Positions 41,956-64,000 of a DNA stretch of 64,000 nucleotides are shown here, one piece after another. Source of the DNA: Paraspadella gotoi (lineage: Eukaryota > Animalia > Chaetognatha); contig CM119265.1 in the NCBI GenBank assembly GCA_051294375.1, positions 2,641,292 through 2,705,291 on the forward strand, written 5' to 3'. Within the stretch, counting starts at the first letter, position 1, and each line of letters begins with the position of its first letter. A program made the position numbers and the translations under genes. Under the pieces are notes generated by a model. It ran no database searches, was not told where the DNA came from, and saw only the letters and a list, made by a program, of their open reading frames with translations.

Positions 41956-42342
41956 ATATTTTTCATTAATAACTATATCATGTAAAACTATATCTCTTCA
42001 GATAAATATACCTAAAGAAAATCTATAATAAAGATGGCGTAATGTTGAATGAATTTATTTAAAAATACAATAATCTTGATTTTCTTACACGCATGGCTGA
42101 GCTGATGCACCAGGATTATTTAATATTTAGTCTATGAAGGGCCCTTTTAAATTATAATTGAAAAAATCGGACGAGTATTTATTATAAAAATTATTAAATA
42201 AATTTTATTTTTAATCATATAAACAATAAACGTTATTAATTCTAATTTCTAATAATTCTCTGGATTTGTCTTCTATCCATTTTTTTATCCTTCGACCTTC
42301 AACTGCGAACTCCCTCTCCATCGACGCGAACATCCCCGAGCT

Positions 42343-43340
42343 TCACAGCGCCAACGACGTCAGCACTCCCAAAACGACGACGACCATCCAGTTGTGCGGC
42401 GCTGACTCGTCGCCGCCGCTGATGATGAACTTCTCGCTGCGGAGTTGCCCGATCGGGATGCATTGCATTTTCTTGTAGTAGGGATTTTTGACGACTTTAA
42501 CGGAGCAGGCGCTGCAGTTGGTCGTGCAGAATGTTAGAGGAGGTTGGTTTTCTGTTTTGTAGGAAAAGAAATTGGATAAAATGAAAGATAAATTAAAATA
42601 AACAAATGACTTCGGACAAGAGATCTGGAGAGGCTTCGTTGGGGTCAGACATAGGTTCCTCTTCCAAGATATTAGCTTCACAATACAATGCAATACAATA
42701 CAATACTATGCATTACAATATGCAGTATGCAATACAATACAAGCTTTAAATGAAGACTCTCAAACAGAGAGCTTTTGCACAGATTTCCTCGTAAAGAAAT
42801 ATCTCTTAAATCTAATGACGATTACTGTGTTTGCAATGCATAATATCGTCTTTTCATTTGATTCATTCTGGTTAACATTCATTAATTGCTAAGCAGATTT
42901 TTATAAATAGAACATGCACCTGCTTTGAAATCCACAATGCAGCATCCTTCAAGATCCGGATTTCTCCATTGGAGGCAAGACTTTCCATCTTTGCAAGATT
43001 CTCCGATTCCGGTCGGCACTTCATTCATTTCTGACAAACTATCGTTGGACTTTGAGCTTTCATTTTGGCTCGATTTAGATTCGTTTATACTTTTGCTGCT
43101 AATACTTTTCTTCACTTTGCTTTCTTTTTTTTTCTTCTCATCTTCTTTTTTGGGCGTTTGTCTCTTCTTTCGTTGTTCGTCTCTCTCTCTTTCCACTCCT
43201 CGCCGATTTCCCTCCTCCTCCTCCCTCTCCTCCTTTCTTCCTCCATCTCTCCCTCCTTCTCTCCCTCCCGTCAAAGAAAGAGACAAAAATAAAATTATTA
43301 GAAAAGTTGAGATTTTGAACAAGTTCCGTTGATGGTACAT
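42343..43340 (-). CDS. Cys-rich secreted protein S2. Exons 43340-42920, 42551-42343
   Basis: MYHQRNLFKISTFLIILFLSL..CKDGKSC..GCC | ..CTTNCSAC..C..WMVVVVLGVLTSLAL*; phase-1 join. Confidence 0.8.
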
Positions 43341-44206
43341 GACTTAGGTAAGGAATGAAATTAAGGTGAAATTTTAAAGGTTAATTACTGAAACATGAGT
43401 AGTTTTTCTTTTCTTTTCTTTTTTTTCCTTTCCTTTCCTTTCCTTTCCTTTCCTTTCCTTTCCTTTCCTTTCCTTTCCTTTCCTTTCCTTTCCTTTCCTT
43501 TCCTTTCCTTTCCTTTCCTTTCCTATTTTATCTTTTTTTTTCTTCTTTTCACTTTTGGAGTGGGATCAACTTTACTTCTTCCGTATTATCAAAGTGTTAG
43601 GGAGTGAAGTAATTAAATCATTAATTCCGAATCGGTCCATCCGTCCGATCATGCGTCCGTCCATAAATTGAAACTTTTCATTGCGCATCGCCAATAAGAA
43701 TAACCTAATCAGATATTTTTCCGAACGTTTCAAAATAACGGCTAGAATTAAATCAACTATTTATCCGAGAATAAGCTTTTATTATAAAGGGTAATCAATA
43801 AATCAATCAGAATTATATTTNNNNNNNNNNTGCGCATCGCCAATAACCTAATCAGATATTTTTCCGAACCTTTCAAAATAACGGCTAGAATTAAATCAAC
43901 TATTTATCCGTGAATAAGCTTTTATTATGAAAGGTAATCAATAAATCAATCAGAATTATATTTTTTTCAATTTTAAAGAGTTTTTTTTTGTTTTTAAATT
44001 CTAATATTTAGAGAAAAATAAAGCTGCTCTTAGGCTTTCGCGCCGTTTATCTCTTCTCGTTTAATCTCCCCTTCGACGTCACTTCCATTGATCCCAAATT
44101 ATCTTTTAATCTTCACGCCCGGTCACCCCTTCACGAACATCACCGCATAGCTCATCCACCCCGTCTGCCCCAGAGCAGCGCCGACGCCCATCTTTCCCCC
44201 GCCGCC

Positions 44207-46761
44207 TCAGAGCAGCGCCAGCACCGCCAAAACGCCAGCTGCGATGAGAACACCCTCGATCCTGGCGGAGACGATACCGTGATTTCTTCTGCGTCCCCAG
44301 CTGCTGTCTTCGCCGGGTGCACCTGGGACACTGCTGCCCTCTACGCATCCCGGACCTCGGCTTCCGCTTCCTTGTCCGCTAGGGAACGGGCCTTGGTAGG
44401 ACTTTGGGTAAGGATCCCAGAAGGAGTCGCCTCCTTTTCCACCGGCGGGTCTTGGTCCGTTGAATCCTCGGCCTCTCCCAGCTTTTCCGTCATCTCTATG
44501 TTCCAGCTGCGATGGAATGTTTAGTGTTTAATTTTGTATGATCTATCAAACATTCGTTTATTCAACTTTGTGCTATGTAATTAGGAATATATATTTTGCT
44601 TTATCAATATCATTTTTTGCCACTAAATTGATATTCGTATTTATAAAATATAATACAACAAAAAATGAAAATTATATAAGGGTTCTTTTTTAGATATGCT
44701 GGAATTTTATAAACTTTTATTCAAATTAAATCAAAACAATTCTATTCCGACGTTCTATCTAAAATAAATTTTAAATTTTAAACAATATTAATTAGTTATG
44801 TACAATATATTTAGCAAGAAATATTTTATTATCTAATTATGACTAAATATAAAAATTTGGATCAATTTTTATGAATATTTTAACATTTAAAAAAAAACTT
44901 TAAAACTATTTCATTATTGTTAGTTTAAAAAGTTTAACTCGCCCTTTCGCAATCGAGTTTTTTGAAAACGGATTTGTAGTCGTTATTCTTGTGATTAAAT
45001 GAACATTCGTCCCCACAACTTTTAGTGCAAAATCCACCCGATTGTCCTAAGTTTGAAAGAAATAAATCGTTTCAAGTTTTCCCTGTAAGAAATTGAGAGA
45101 CTGGTACGGGTTAATTGTAAAAAGTTAACGTTGCAGGTTAATAGTATGGTGGACTAAGGCGTAGTGAAAGTTACATCACCGACAAACTTCTAAAAGTCAA
45201 TTATGAACAACATATCATCAGTGAACATTAATTTGTAACAAAAATTAATTTTATGTTTTTTAATTTTTCAGTAGGCTATATTTATATATAGTACTATCCT
45301 TATAAAATCGAAAAATTTCAAAATAGGCTTTTCTTAATTTTGATTACAGATTTGAATTCCTCTGTCAAAAGTTGATAAAGAAAATATAAATCATTTTTAA
45401 AAATTCTTTCATTAAGTTGTTAAAAATTAAAAAAACTATATTAATATATAAAAAGTTAATTTTCAGCTTAAAATATAGCTTTTCTAATTTTGACCCACTT
45501 AATGAAGGAATTTTTTCAAAAAGAGTTATATTTCTTTTATCAACTTTTTATGACGAATCCAAAATCTACAAAAAAAATTAAAAAAAAACTGTTTTGAAAT
45601 TAACTTTTATTGGTTTAGTACAAGTATAAATATGGCCTACTGCATAAATTATAAAATTTATTATAAATTTTTTTATTACATAAATGTTCATTAGTATAAT
45701 ATGTTAGTTCTCACTTTTAGAATTTTTAATTAAAGTTAAATTTTAAAATTTTACTACGCCTTAATGGTGGACTAAAATCCACCAACCGTTCATCAGCGGC
45801 CATTGGTGCTGAAGGCAAGTCATTTGCCTCTCAACCCAAAGGTCCGGGGTTCTAGCCCGGTGGTCGCCTGGTAGTTAAGAGGGACAGGGCGCTTAACCCG
45901 CCTTAACACGGTGTTACAACCTGATCCGAAGCTTAACGGTTCTGTCACTAACACAATAATAATTACTCTCTTCATTGGTGAACCCGATTTCCGACACAAC
46001 AGCAAACAACAACACTTTCAGGCGATATGCCTCAACCTGGCAATGGACTTTCCGCCCACAACACAACAGGGGACATGCCTCAACTTGGTGACGAACTTTG
46101 TACCAACAACAACAATTCATTGAAGAGACGAAACAGACTTCTCCCTACGGGAGGCGGGGATGTATGGTGGACTAAAATTCACCAACCGTTCATCAGTGGC
46201 CATTGGTGCCGAAGGCAAGTCATTCACCTCCCAACCCAAAGGTCCGGGGTTCTAGCCCGGTGGTCGCCTGGCAGTTAAGAGGGACGGGGCGCTTAACATG
46301 CCTGTAACACGGTGTTACAACCTGATCCGAAGCTCAGGGACTGTTTATATTGAACGGTTCTGTCACTAACACATAACAATAATTACTGTCTCTTCAATAG
46401 CTCATTAACAACCCCTGTTTTTTAACCGCTGTTGAATGAGTTTCAAAAGACAAGCGTCTATTTTATAAATAATCAGATCTGATTAAAACGCCTAATATCG
46501 ATTCTCACCAGACGACGCCTCGTAAGAACAGCATCCATCCATCTGTGTGACTGCCAATTCGTATCGCTCGAATCGGCGACAATCTTCCGCCTTGTCGCAT
46601 TGATACGGATCCCGGTCCGAGCGATCCTCATTATTTTCCCCTTTTAATCTTTTCTCTTTTTCCGCTCTGACCGCTTTCATTGCCAGCCCCGTTGGAGGCA
46701 GAACAAGAAAGAAGATCGTGAGAAGAAATTTGATTTTTTCGAAGGATAATTGTTGGTACAT
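44207..46761 (-). CDS. Cys-rich secreted protein S3. Exons 46761-46509, 45046-44943, 44506-44207 (GC-AG second intron)
   Basis: CDKAEDC..DGCC | GGFCTKSCGDEC..KKLDCER | Gly-rich..VLIAAGVLAVLALL*; open through all three exons. Confidence 0.8.
45145..46396 (+). mobile_element. Miniature non-autonomous LTR retroelement (TRIM-like), family A
   Basis: Two ~225-bp direct repeats ending CTCTTCA; PBS-like TGGTGAACCCGA at 45976; purine tract GGGAGGCGGGGA at 46149-46160; ATAG on both flanks; ~190-bp non-coding interior. Confidence 0.8.
45155..45763. mobile_element. MITE family B, 11-bp TIR, 9-bp TSD
   Basis: ATGGTGGAC-[TAAGGCGTAGT..ACTACGCCTTA]-ATGGTGGAC; other family A copies show the empty site. Confidence 0.88.
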
Positions 46762-47773
46762 GGCTTTGGTAAAGAATGAAAGTAGGGCCGAAGTTTGGAT
46801 GATTATTTTTCGATGAATGTCGGGAATTAGTCTTTCGATTGATGGTTTTTATCAAGGTTTTTCGCAATACATGTATGCTTTAGCTTATATTTTAAAAATT
46901 CTATTTTTGAATAAGCTAAACAAACATTGGCGTGATTCTTAGTAAGATTTAAACAAATCATTCTGGTGCTATGGGATATGAAGCTTTCGAGGTTTTATTT
47001 TTAATTGATTTAAGTGCAACGGAATTTAAACAAAAAAAAAAAAAAAAAACTAATACAAATTAAAACTGAAAACAGACAAAAACCAAATATAAACAAATGA
47101 ACAAATTTGTTTAACTTCTTTTTATGATCCTTTAATTCTATTTCTTATCTTTTTTTTTCATTTTCTTTTCTTATCTTTTTCTTTTTTTTTTATTTATTGT
47201 TTTCCCGCTCAACTTGAGACCAACTGCACTGTTTATTAAATACGGCCGAAATGTAACTATTTCCAGAACATAGCCCTTGCACTTTTTAAATATTTTGTTT
47301 ATTTTTTCCAGTAAACTTGTGCATAAAATTTATCGCTTCAAAACATCGCTATAGTATAGTGGTAGTTATATATTCGAAGGTATAACTGAAACGTGTACAT
47401 AACTTGGACGAGTAATTACCTAATAATGATGAGTCATTAAAAACAATAATTATATCAATCACAATCACATTTTTATTTTTAATCACTTTTTTATTATTGA
47501 TAATTAGACAAAAATCGGAAATCTTAATTAAGAGAGTTCCTATTGCAACGCCATACGCTTAATTCTATGTATTTGTTTAATTAATTAATTATCTATTGCA
47601 ACGCCATACGCTTAAGTCTATGTATTTGTTTATCTCTACCTTACAATTTTAACACTCCTGACCCCAGTCTGACCTAGCCACTAACAGCACTACCAATAGT
47701 CTCTCACTATCTCAGATCAGCGTTCTCAATCCCCCCGCCGCCTCAGAGCAGCGTTTTCATTCCCCCCGCCGCC

Positions 47774-49036
47774 TCAGAGCAGCGCCAGCGCCGTTAAAAC
47801 TCCAGCAGCGATGAGAACGGGTTCGATGTGAGCAGAGACGACTCCGTGATTTCCTCTGCGGTTCCAGCCTGACCCTTCGCTTCCTTTTCCACCTTCCCTT
47901 TGCGGTTTGCAGCCTTGAGAAGCGCTTCCGTCTCCGCTTCCTTTGCTTCCTTGACCACTCGGATATGGGTTCCAGTCCCAGTCCCAGCTGCTGCCGCCGC
48001 CGCCGCTTTTGCTGCTGCCTTTGTTTCCTTCGAGCTGCATACCACATATTATATATATTGAACAACATTATTACCTGCCTTGTTGGGAATTTTTAAAAAC
48101 TAAAGCATAAATTCGTTATATTTCATTTTTGATGAAAATAAGAAATTGATAAAGTATAAAAATTTTAAAAATAGTTATTTTTAACTAAAAGTTTAATATG
48201 GCTATTTTTATTTTTAATTTTAAAAACATTTTTAAGTTTGTTCGTTTGTTTATCCTTTTATTTTTCTCAGTACGAATAATTTGCGAGAATTATTTCATAA
48301 ATAAATCAGTTGAGTAAGTTTTGAAATTATCGCGTGATCAAAATGTGAGACTTTCAAATGGTCTTTCACTCGCCTTATCACAATCCAGTTTCTTAAACAC
48401 GAATTTATAAGCGTCGTTCTTGTGATCGAACGAACATTCGTCAGCGCAACTCTTCGTGCAAAATCCTCCAGAATTTCCTGATAAAAAGGCACGATTTTCT
48501 CAAAGCACCCCATGTTAGCATTTAGGTTTAAGGAATAGCCAAATGGTTAATTTAAGCGTCAAGGTGAGGGATTGGATCAGGGAATAAGGACTAGGGTTAG
48601 CTATGGGATGTGGATTAGTGGTAGGATAAAAGATTATGGTCATAAGATTAGAGTTAAATATTTAAGGTAAAAATCAAAGGATGAAGGAACAGAATCGGGT
48701 CGCTTTGCGAAAAGAGAGCCCAGATTCTCGATTCGTACCTTTGGACGACAAGTATGAACAGCATCCGTCCATCGAGGAGTCTCTCCACTTTTCTTGACAA
48801 TCTTTCGCTTTGTCGCAATAGTAAGGATCCTTTCTTTTCCCGTCTCCATGATCTCTCTCTCTCCTCCTCTTCATTCCTCCCTCCCTCCCTCTCTCCCCCT
48901 CCATTCCTCCCTCTCTCCTTCTCTCTTTCTCAGTTTTTCTCCTCCCAATCCTTCCCGCTTCTCCTTTGGGAGAAAGGGTCAGAAACAAAAAGAGAATAAA
49001 GAATGAAATTTTTATCAAGTTCGATTTTGTGTACAT
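47774..49036 (-). CDS. Cys-rich secreted protein S4. Exons 49036-48739, 48477-48374, 48034-47774 (GC-AG second intron)
   Basis: MYTKSNLIKISFFILFLFL..CDKAKDC..DGCC | GGFCTKSCADEC..KKLDCDK | ..VLIAAGVLTALALL*; close paralog of S3 with the same 104-nt middle exon. Confidence 0.82.
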
Positions 49037-49531
49037 GACTTCTGTAAGGAATGATGGTAAGACTCGATTATGCGGTTTGTTATCACATCGGGAATCGGGA
49101 CGCGTCTTTGCGTGGTTTATTGGCATTAAAGTTAGTTAATATTTATATTTAGTACATTATAGCTTGCTCTGCCGATGTATATTTTGTCATCCTTTATTTG
49201 TTATTAACGCAATAAATCTAAATTATTGTTTAAGAAATCGTAAGCAACTAAACACAGCATCTTTCAGTTTAAAAATATTTTTAAAAAAGGTAAGAAATGT
49301 AATACAAATGAAATCTAATTGCAACAAAATTTGCAAACGAACGAATTGGATCATGGCCGCAAACACTACGCCAGTGTCAACGCCAAGTCTACGCCAAAGC
49401 CAACGCCAACTCTACGCCAGTGACGCTTCACTCCCTTGTCCTAGGGACGTCATTCTTCCGATCGATTGCTGACGATGGCGTCGTTGCGAGCGGAGCCTGT
49501 CATGGCCGTTGCCGGCGCCGTTTCTGGCGCC

Positions 49532-50583
49532 TTAACCATTGAAGGAGTCTTTGACGCTCTGTGGAACTTCTTTTTTGTATTCAACACAAAGCATAAACAC
49601 GTATCCGTGTTTCTTCGCGTATTTTCCTCCCGTGACGCATTTGCTTTCACAGTCATCGCTATCGACGCAATACGATTTCTTCGTACCTAATTCCATTTTT
49701 AAAAATAAAAAAATTGTATTTGATATTAAGTAGTGATTTTAAATAGAATATATTTCCTAACCACTCTAACGATGTAGTTCATTAACAAATTTCTAACTTT
49801 TATAATAATGAAGTGGTATATTGTTTTTTGGAACTGTTTCAATTGTCTAAAAGGACCACCTTAATAAGTATTAGATCGAGATACATAATTGTACAGTGTG
49901 TAATAATATAAGGTACACAGCGCTATAACAAAAATTCAAGGAGCTGTCTGCTGACTGTTAATTTTGTCTTATGGCAACAGCCGGGTTGCCTGTGATGCCC
50001 ATTGGGATGGGGCATCTCACTGTTGGCTTTGGGGGCTTCCGACCCTCAGTGACGCCTCCAGTCACTGGCGCGGTTACCCTAGGACGGTCTCGCTTTGCCA
50101 ACGCAGAGGGAAGTCGTTAGGACTGTGGATGGAACACTACGCCTGGGATGGTGTGTTCCCCCTCTGAGCCAATGGATTTGGCTGAAGGATGGTGGACGTG
50201 AGGCGGTGTGAATATACCGCCACAGTCTTTCATTTATCGCTGAAATTCCTAAAACTAAGCAAAACAAATCTATAACTAGAAAAATAAACAAAAATAATCA
50301 AAACGACCAAAAAAGAAAAAAAACAAAAAAAAACAGACCATCGGCTTTCTCGGCGAAGCAACAAGCGAAAGGATTGAGCGGTCGCCGATAAAGACAGAAT
50401 TCCGGCCCGTCGCAAGGTTCGTCCGGCGGAGGCGTCGGCGGAGGAGGGCCCAGGCATTTGCTGCCATTGCCCTTTAAGGCATGGCATGTCGCGGCATGGC
50501 ATGTTCCTTGATTCTTATTAACAAAACATGCCCCGCATCCTTTCTTGGTTGGAGGGGGAGGAAATGAAGAAGAATAGGGGAGA

Positions 50584-50679
<96 letters not shown>

Positions 50680-50952
50680 AAAATACTGACTTCCCAAACA
50701 GCATTCAGGTCGATAATTCTTATCCGTAACGAATTCCTTGCAATCGTCAGAAATGATGCATGGAAAAGTTTTATTGTGATCGAATGCCGTTGGATAATCG
50801 GTCATGCAATCCAGTTGATGCCTTTGGATCTCAGTCGGAGTCAGGGCCACCCATCCTTCCGATTCGGGGTCCTTCTTTGGCTTCGCACTTGTGATGAACA
50901 ACAACGACAACAACGACGACAAGGTCAATAACAACAACAACGAACGGATCAT
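49532..50952 (-). CDS. Cys-rich secreted protein S5, two Cys domains, no hydrophobic tail. Exons 50952-50691, ~50539-50339, 49686-49532
   Basis: Leu-rich signal peptide; CIISDDC..ECC | CGAC..C..C..C-PPPPTPPP-CDGPEFC..ACC | CVDSDDCESKC..C; the exon-2 acceptor is uncertain. Confidence 0.7.
49970..50224 (+). mobile_element. Solo-LTR-like repeat, family D
   Basis: TA..CA ends, 4-bp TSD GTCT. Confidence 0.78.
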
Positions 50953-51298
50953 CTCTTTTCGTCTTTTTTTCGGTAACGAGGCTGAGAAGCAGAGGTTTTT
51001 TTCTTTTTTTTTTAACCTTAAAGCAACGTCGATTTATTGTAAATAAATGACAGAACTCATTATAATGCGCTATTAAGAGTTTTTGAAAATATAAAAAATA
51101 CTGTAATGTTTTTCTGATGGACGACCCAGCGTAATTCTTGAGCGTAATATTACGACAAAATGAATTTCGATTTGAGAAATTTTGAAAAAAAAGTTGCTCA
51201 ACTTAATCGATGATAATTTCGTGTTGATTCCTTTCTTTGTTATTTTTTTTTGCTTTTCTATTTCTTTGTCTCTTTGTTTCTATCTCTCTATCTTTCCG

Positions 51299-51382
<84 letters not shown>

Positions 51383-52364
51383 TTTTTTTTCTTACTAATC
51401 TATTTTCTTTCCATCTTTCTTTATTTTTTCATTCATTTTTCTCTTCTTTCTGCCTTCTTTCTGTCCATTCTTCTTTCTTTCCATCATTCTTTCTTTCCAT
51501 CTTTCTTTCAATGAAAGTTTCGGTTCTCGATTCTCATTTGGCGAAAGGATTTTCTCGGATTAAGAAACGAAATCAACCGAAGCAGCGCGGGGGGGGGGAA
51601 TGGCTGGATCGGATAAAATGGCGAAACTAAATACTAAATTATCACGAACAAATACATATAAACATGGAAACATATAATAGCCAAACTGAAAGCCTTGAGT
51701 CGATCAAGGCTTGACAAATTTGGGTTTACATGTGTAGTAGAAAAAAAAATTAAAAGAATAAATTTAAAAGAAAAAAAGAAAAAGAATAAAAATTAGAAAG
51801 AAAGAAAAATAAAAACTGACTCGTTTTAATTAAAGATTATGTTTTCATTTAATTTATTTAAATTCGTCAAAATTTCGCTTCCCTTTTGTTTCCATTACCT
51901 TTTTCCTTTTTCTCTCTCCTTCTTCACTTCTCCTCCTTTTTTTTCTATTTTTAACTCTTTTTTTTTTTTGTTCCTTTTAGTATTTTCCGTTCTCATCAAC
52001 GCGATGATCTTTTTTTTTCCTACTTCCTTCCCGCGGCGAGATTGAGTTCTCGCCGCCAGCGCCACTTTTTTGATCGCGGACAAAATTGGAAACTTGATTG
52101 AGAAGGAGAGAGAATAAATAGGCAATCGACAGGAGGCGAGTTGCGGCAATCGGGCGACTTTTTGCTGCAGAAAATTTTAGAGTTGCGGCAAACTTGTCGA
52201 CCGAGTTTCTTATTTTTAGATCACAGATTCAAAAAAGGTAGTTAATTGCGTAGTTTTGTAGTGGAGCAATTGTGTAGTTGATTAAACGAGTTATCAGATT
52301 TAGGATGAAATATATGTAATTGTTCATATTACGTATTTTTGGTTTTCTGACGATCTAAAATAAT

Positions 52365-52472
<108 letters not shown>

Positions 52473-52895
52473 CCTCTCATCCCTCTCCACTTTTTCCCGC
52501 TAAAAGAAACTGTTCTTTTGTTTACCCGTCTACGGATTTCCAACGGATTTCCTTAGATGTCGAACGACCCGCCTCCTGCAGGCAGAGACTAAAACGACGG
52601 AATCAAACAAATCCTGACTTTTCAAATAGAAAAAAAAAAGTAATTAATTTGCTAAGCAACAGAACTTCATCAAGATCCTCAACAGAAACAGCAACCATTC
52701 CAATGACCAATTAAAGGCGTCCTTTACGTTTATTGACGTAAATTTCCACCAATCAGCGACGTCGCTCAACTTTCAATACAATTTTATTCCGAAAAAAAAA
52801 AAAAAAAACAAAAAACAAAAAAACAAAAACAAAAAACAGACAAAACGGACCTTTGAACTAATTGTCCCCCCCTTCACAAAACCCGTCGTCGAGAT

Positions 52896-63711
<10,816 letters not shown>

Positions 63712-64000
63712 GTGAGACCGGCGTAGTTTTTAAAAGGGAGAATGTAAAACCGGCGTTGTTATCAAACAAGCGCTTTTTACTTTGAATTCTCGTGATTCTC
63801 TCATTTTTATATTATTCTGTTAAAAAGTAAACCAATTTTATCTTTTCTGTCTACTCTTTCTTTTTTTTTATCTTAATACTGCTCTTAATACTGCTCTTTA
63901 TATTTTCTGTAACGCTTTTGTCTTTCTAAGCTTACTTGCGGTGAGAGAATGTCCAAGTACCGACAGACTTATAGACAGACAGACAGACAGAAATAAATAA

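Noticed and set aside
43682-43965. ~140-bp direct duplication
   Set aside because: Flanks a 10-N gap; most likely unmerged contig overlap.
44207-44506. Suspected frameshift in the last exon of S3
   Set aside because: On recount the exon is 300 nt and open to the stop.

Overview
AT-rich, intron-containing eukaryotic (animal-like) DNA with many microsatellites and three N gaps; no prokaryotic features and no CRISPR. All gene models were assembled by hand from ORFs, splice sites and phase matching. Left to right: (1) a multi-exon C-type lectin gene whose third lectin domain seems to carry an SRCR-like insert; (2) an XK-related multipass membrane gene broken by one frameshift; (3) a head-to-tail minus-strand array of six coiled-coil + C-terminal C3HC4 RING genes (two frameshifted, plus a possible seventh remnant); (4) a minus-strand array of five small secreted cysteine-rich genes of a family I do not recognise, four with GPI-like tails and two sharing a GC-AG intron; (5) an anoctamin/TMEM16 gene that appears to carry a whole SLC23/NAT transporter gene, on the same strand, inside one intron. 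Mobile DNA includes a decayed Penelope-like element with inverted pseudo-LTRs, a type-I hammerhead ribozyme, a miniature LTR element whose LTRs contain a tRNA-like fold, solo LTR-like repeats with 4-bp TSDs, a MITE with a 9-bp TSD, DINE/Helentron-like repeats and tandem tRNA-Leu 3' fragments.
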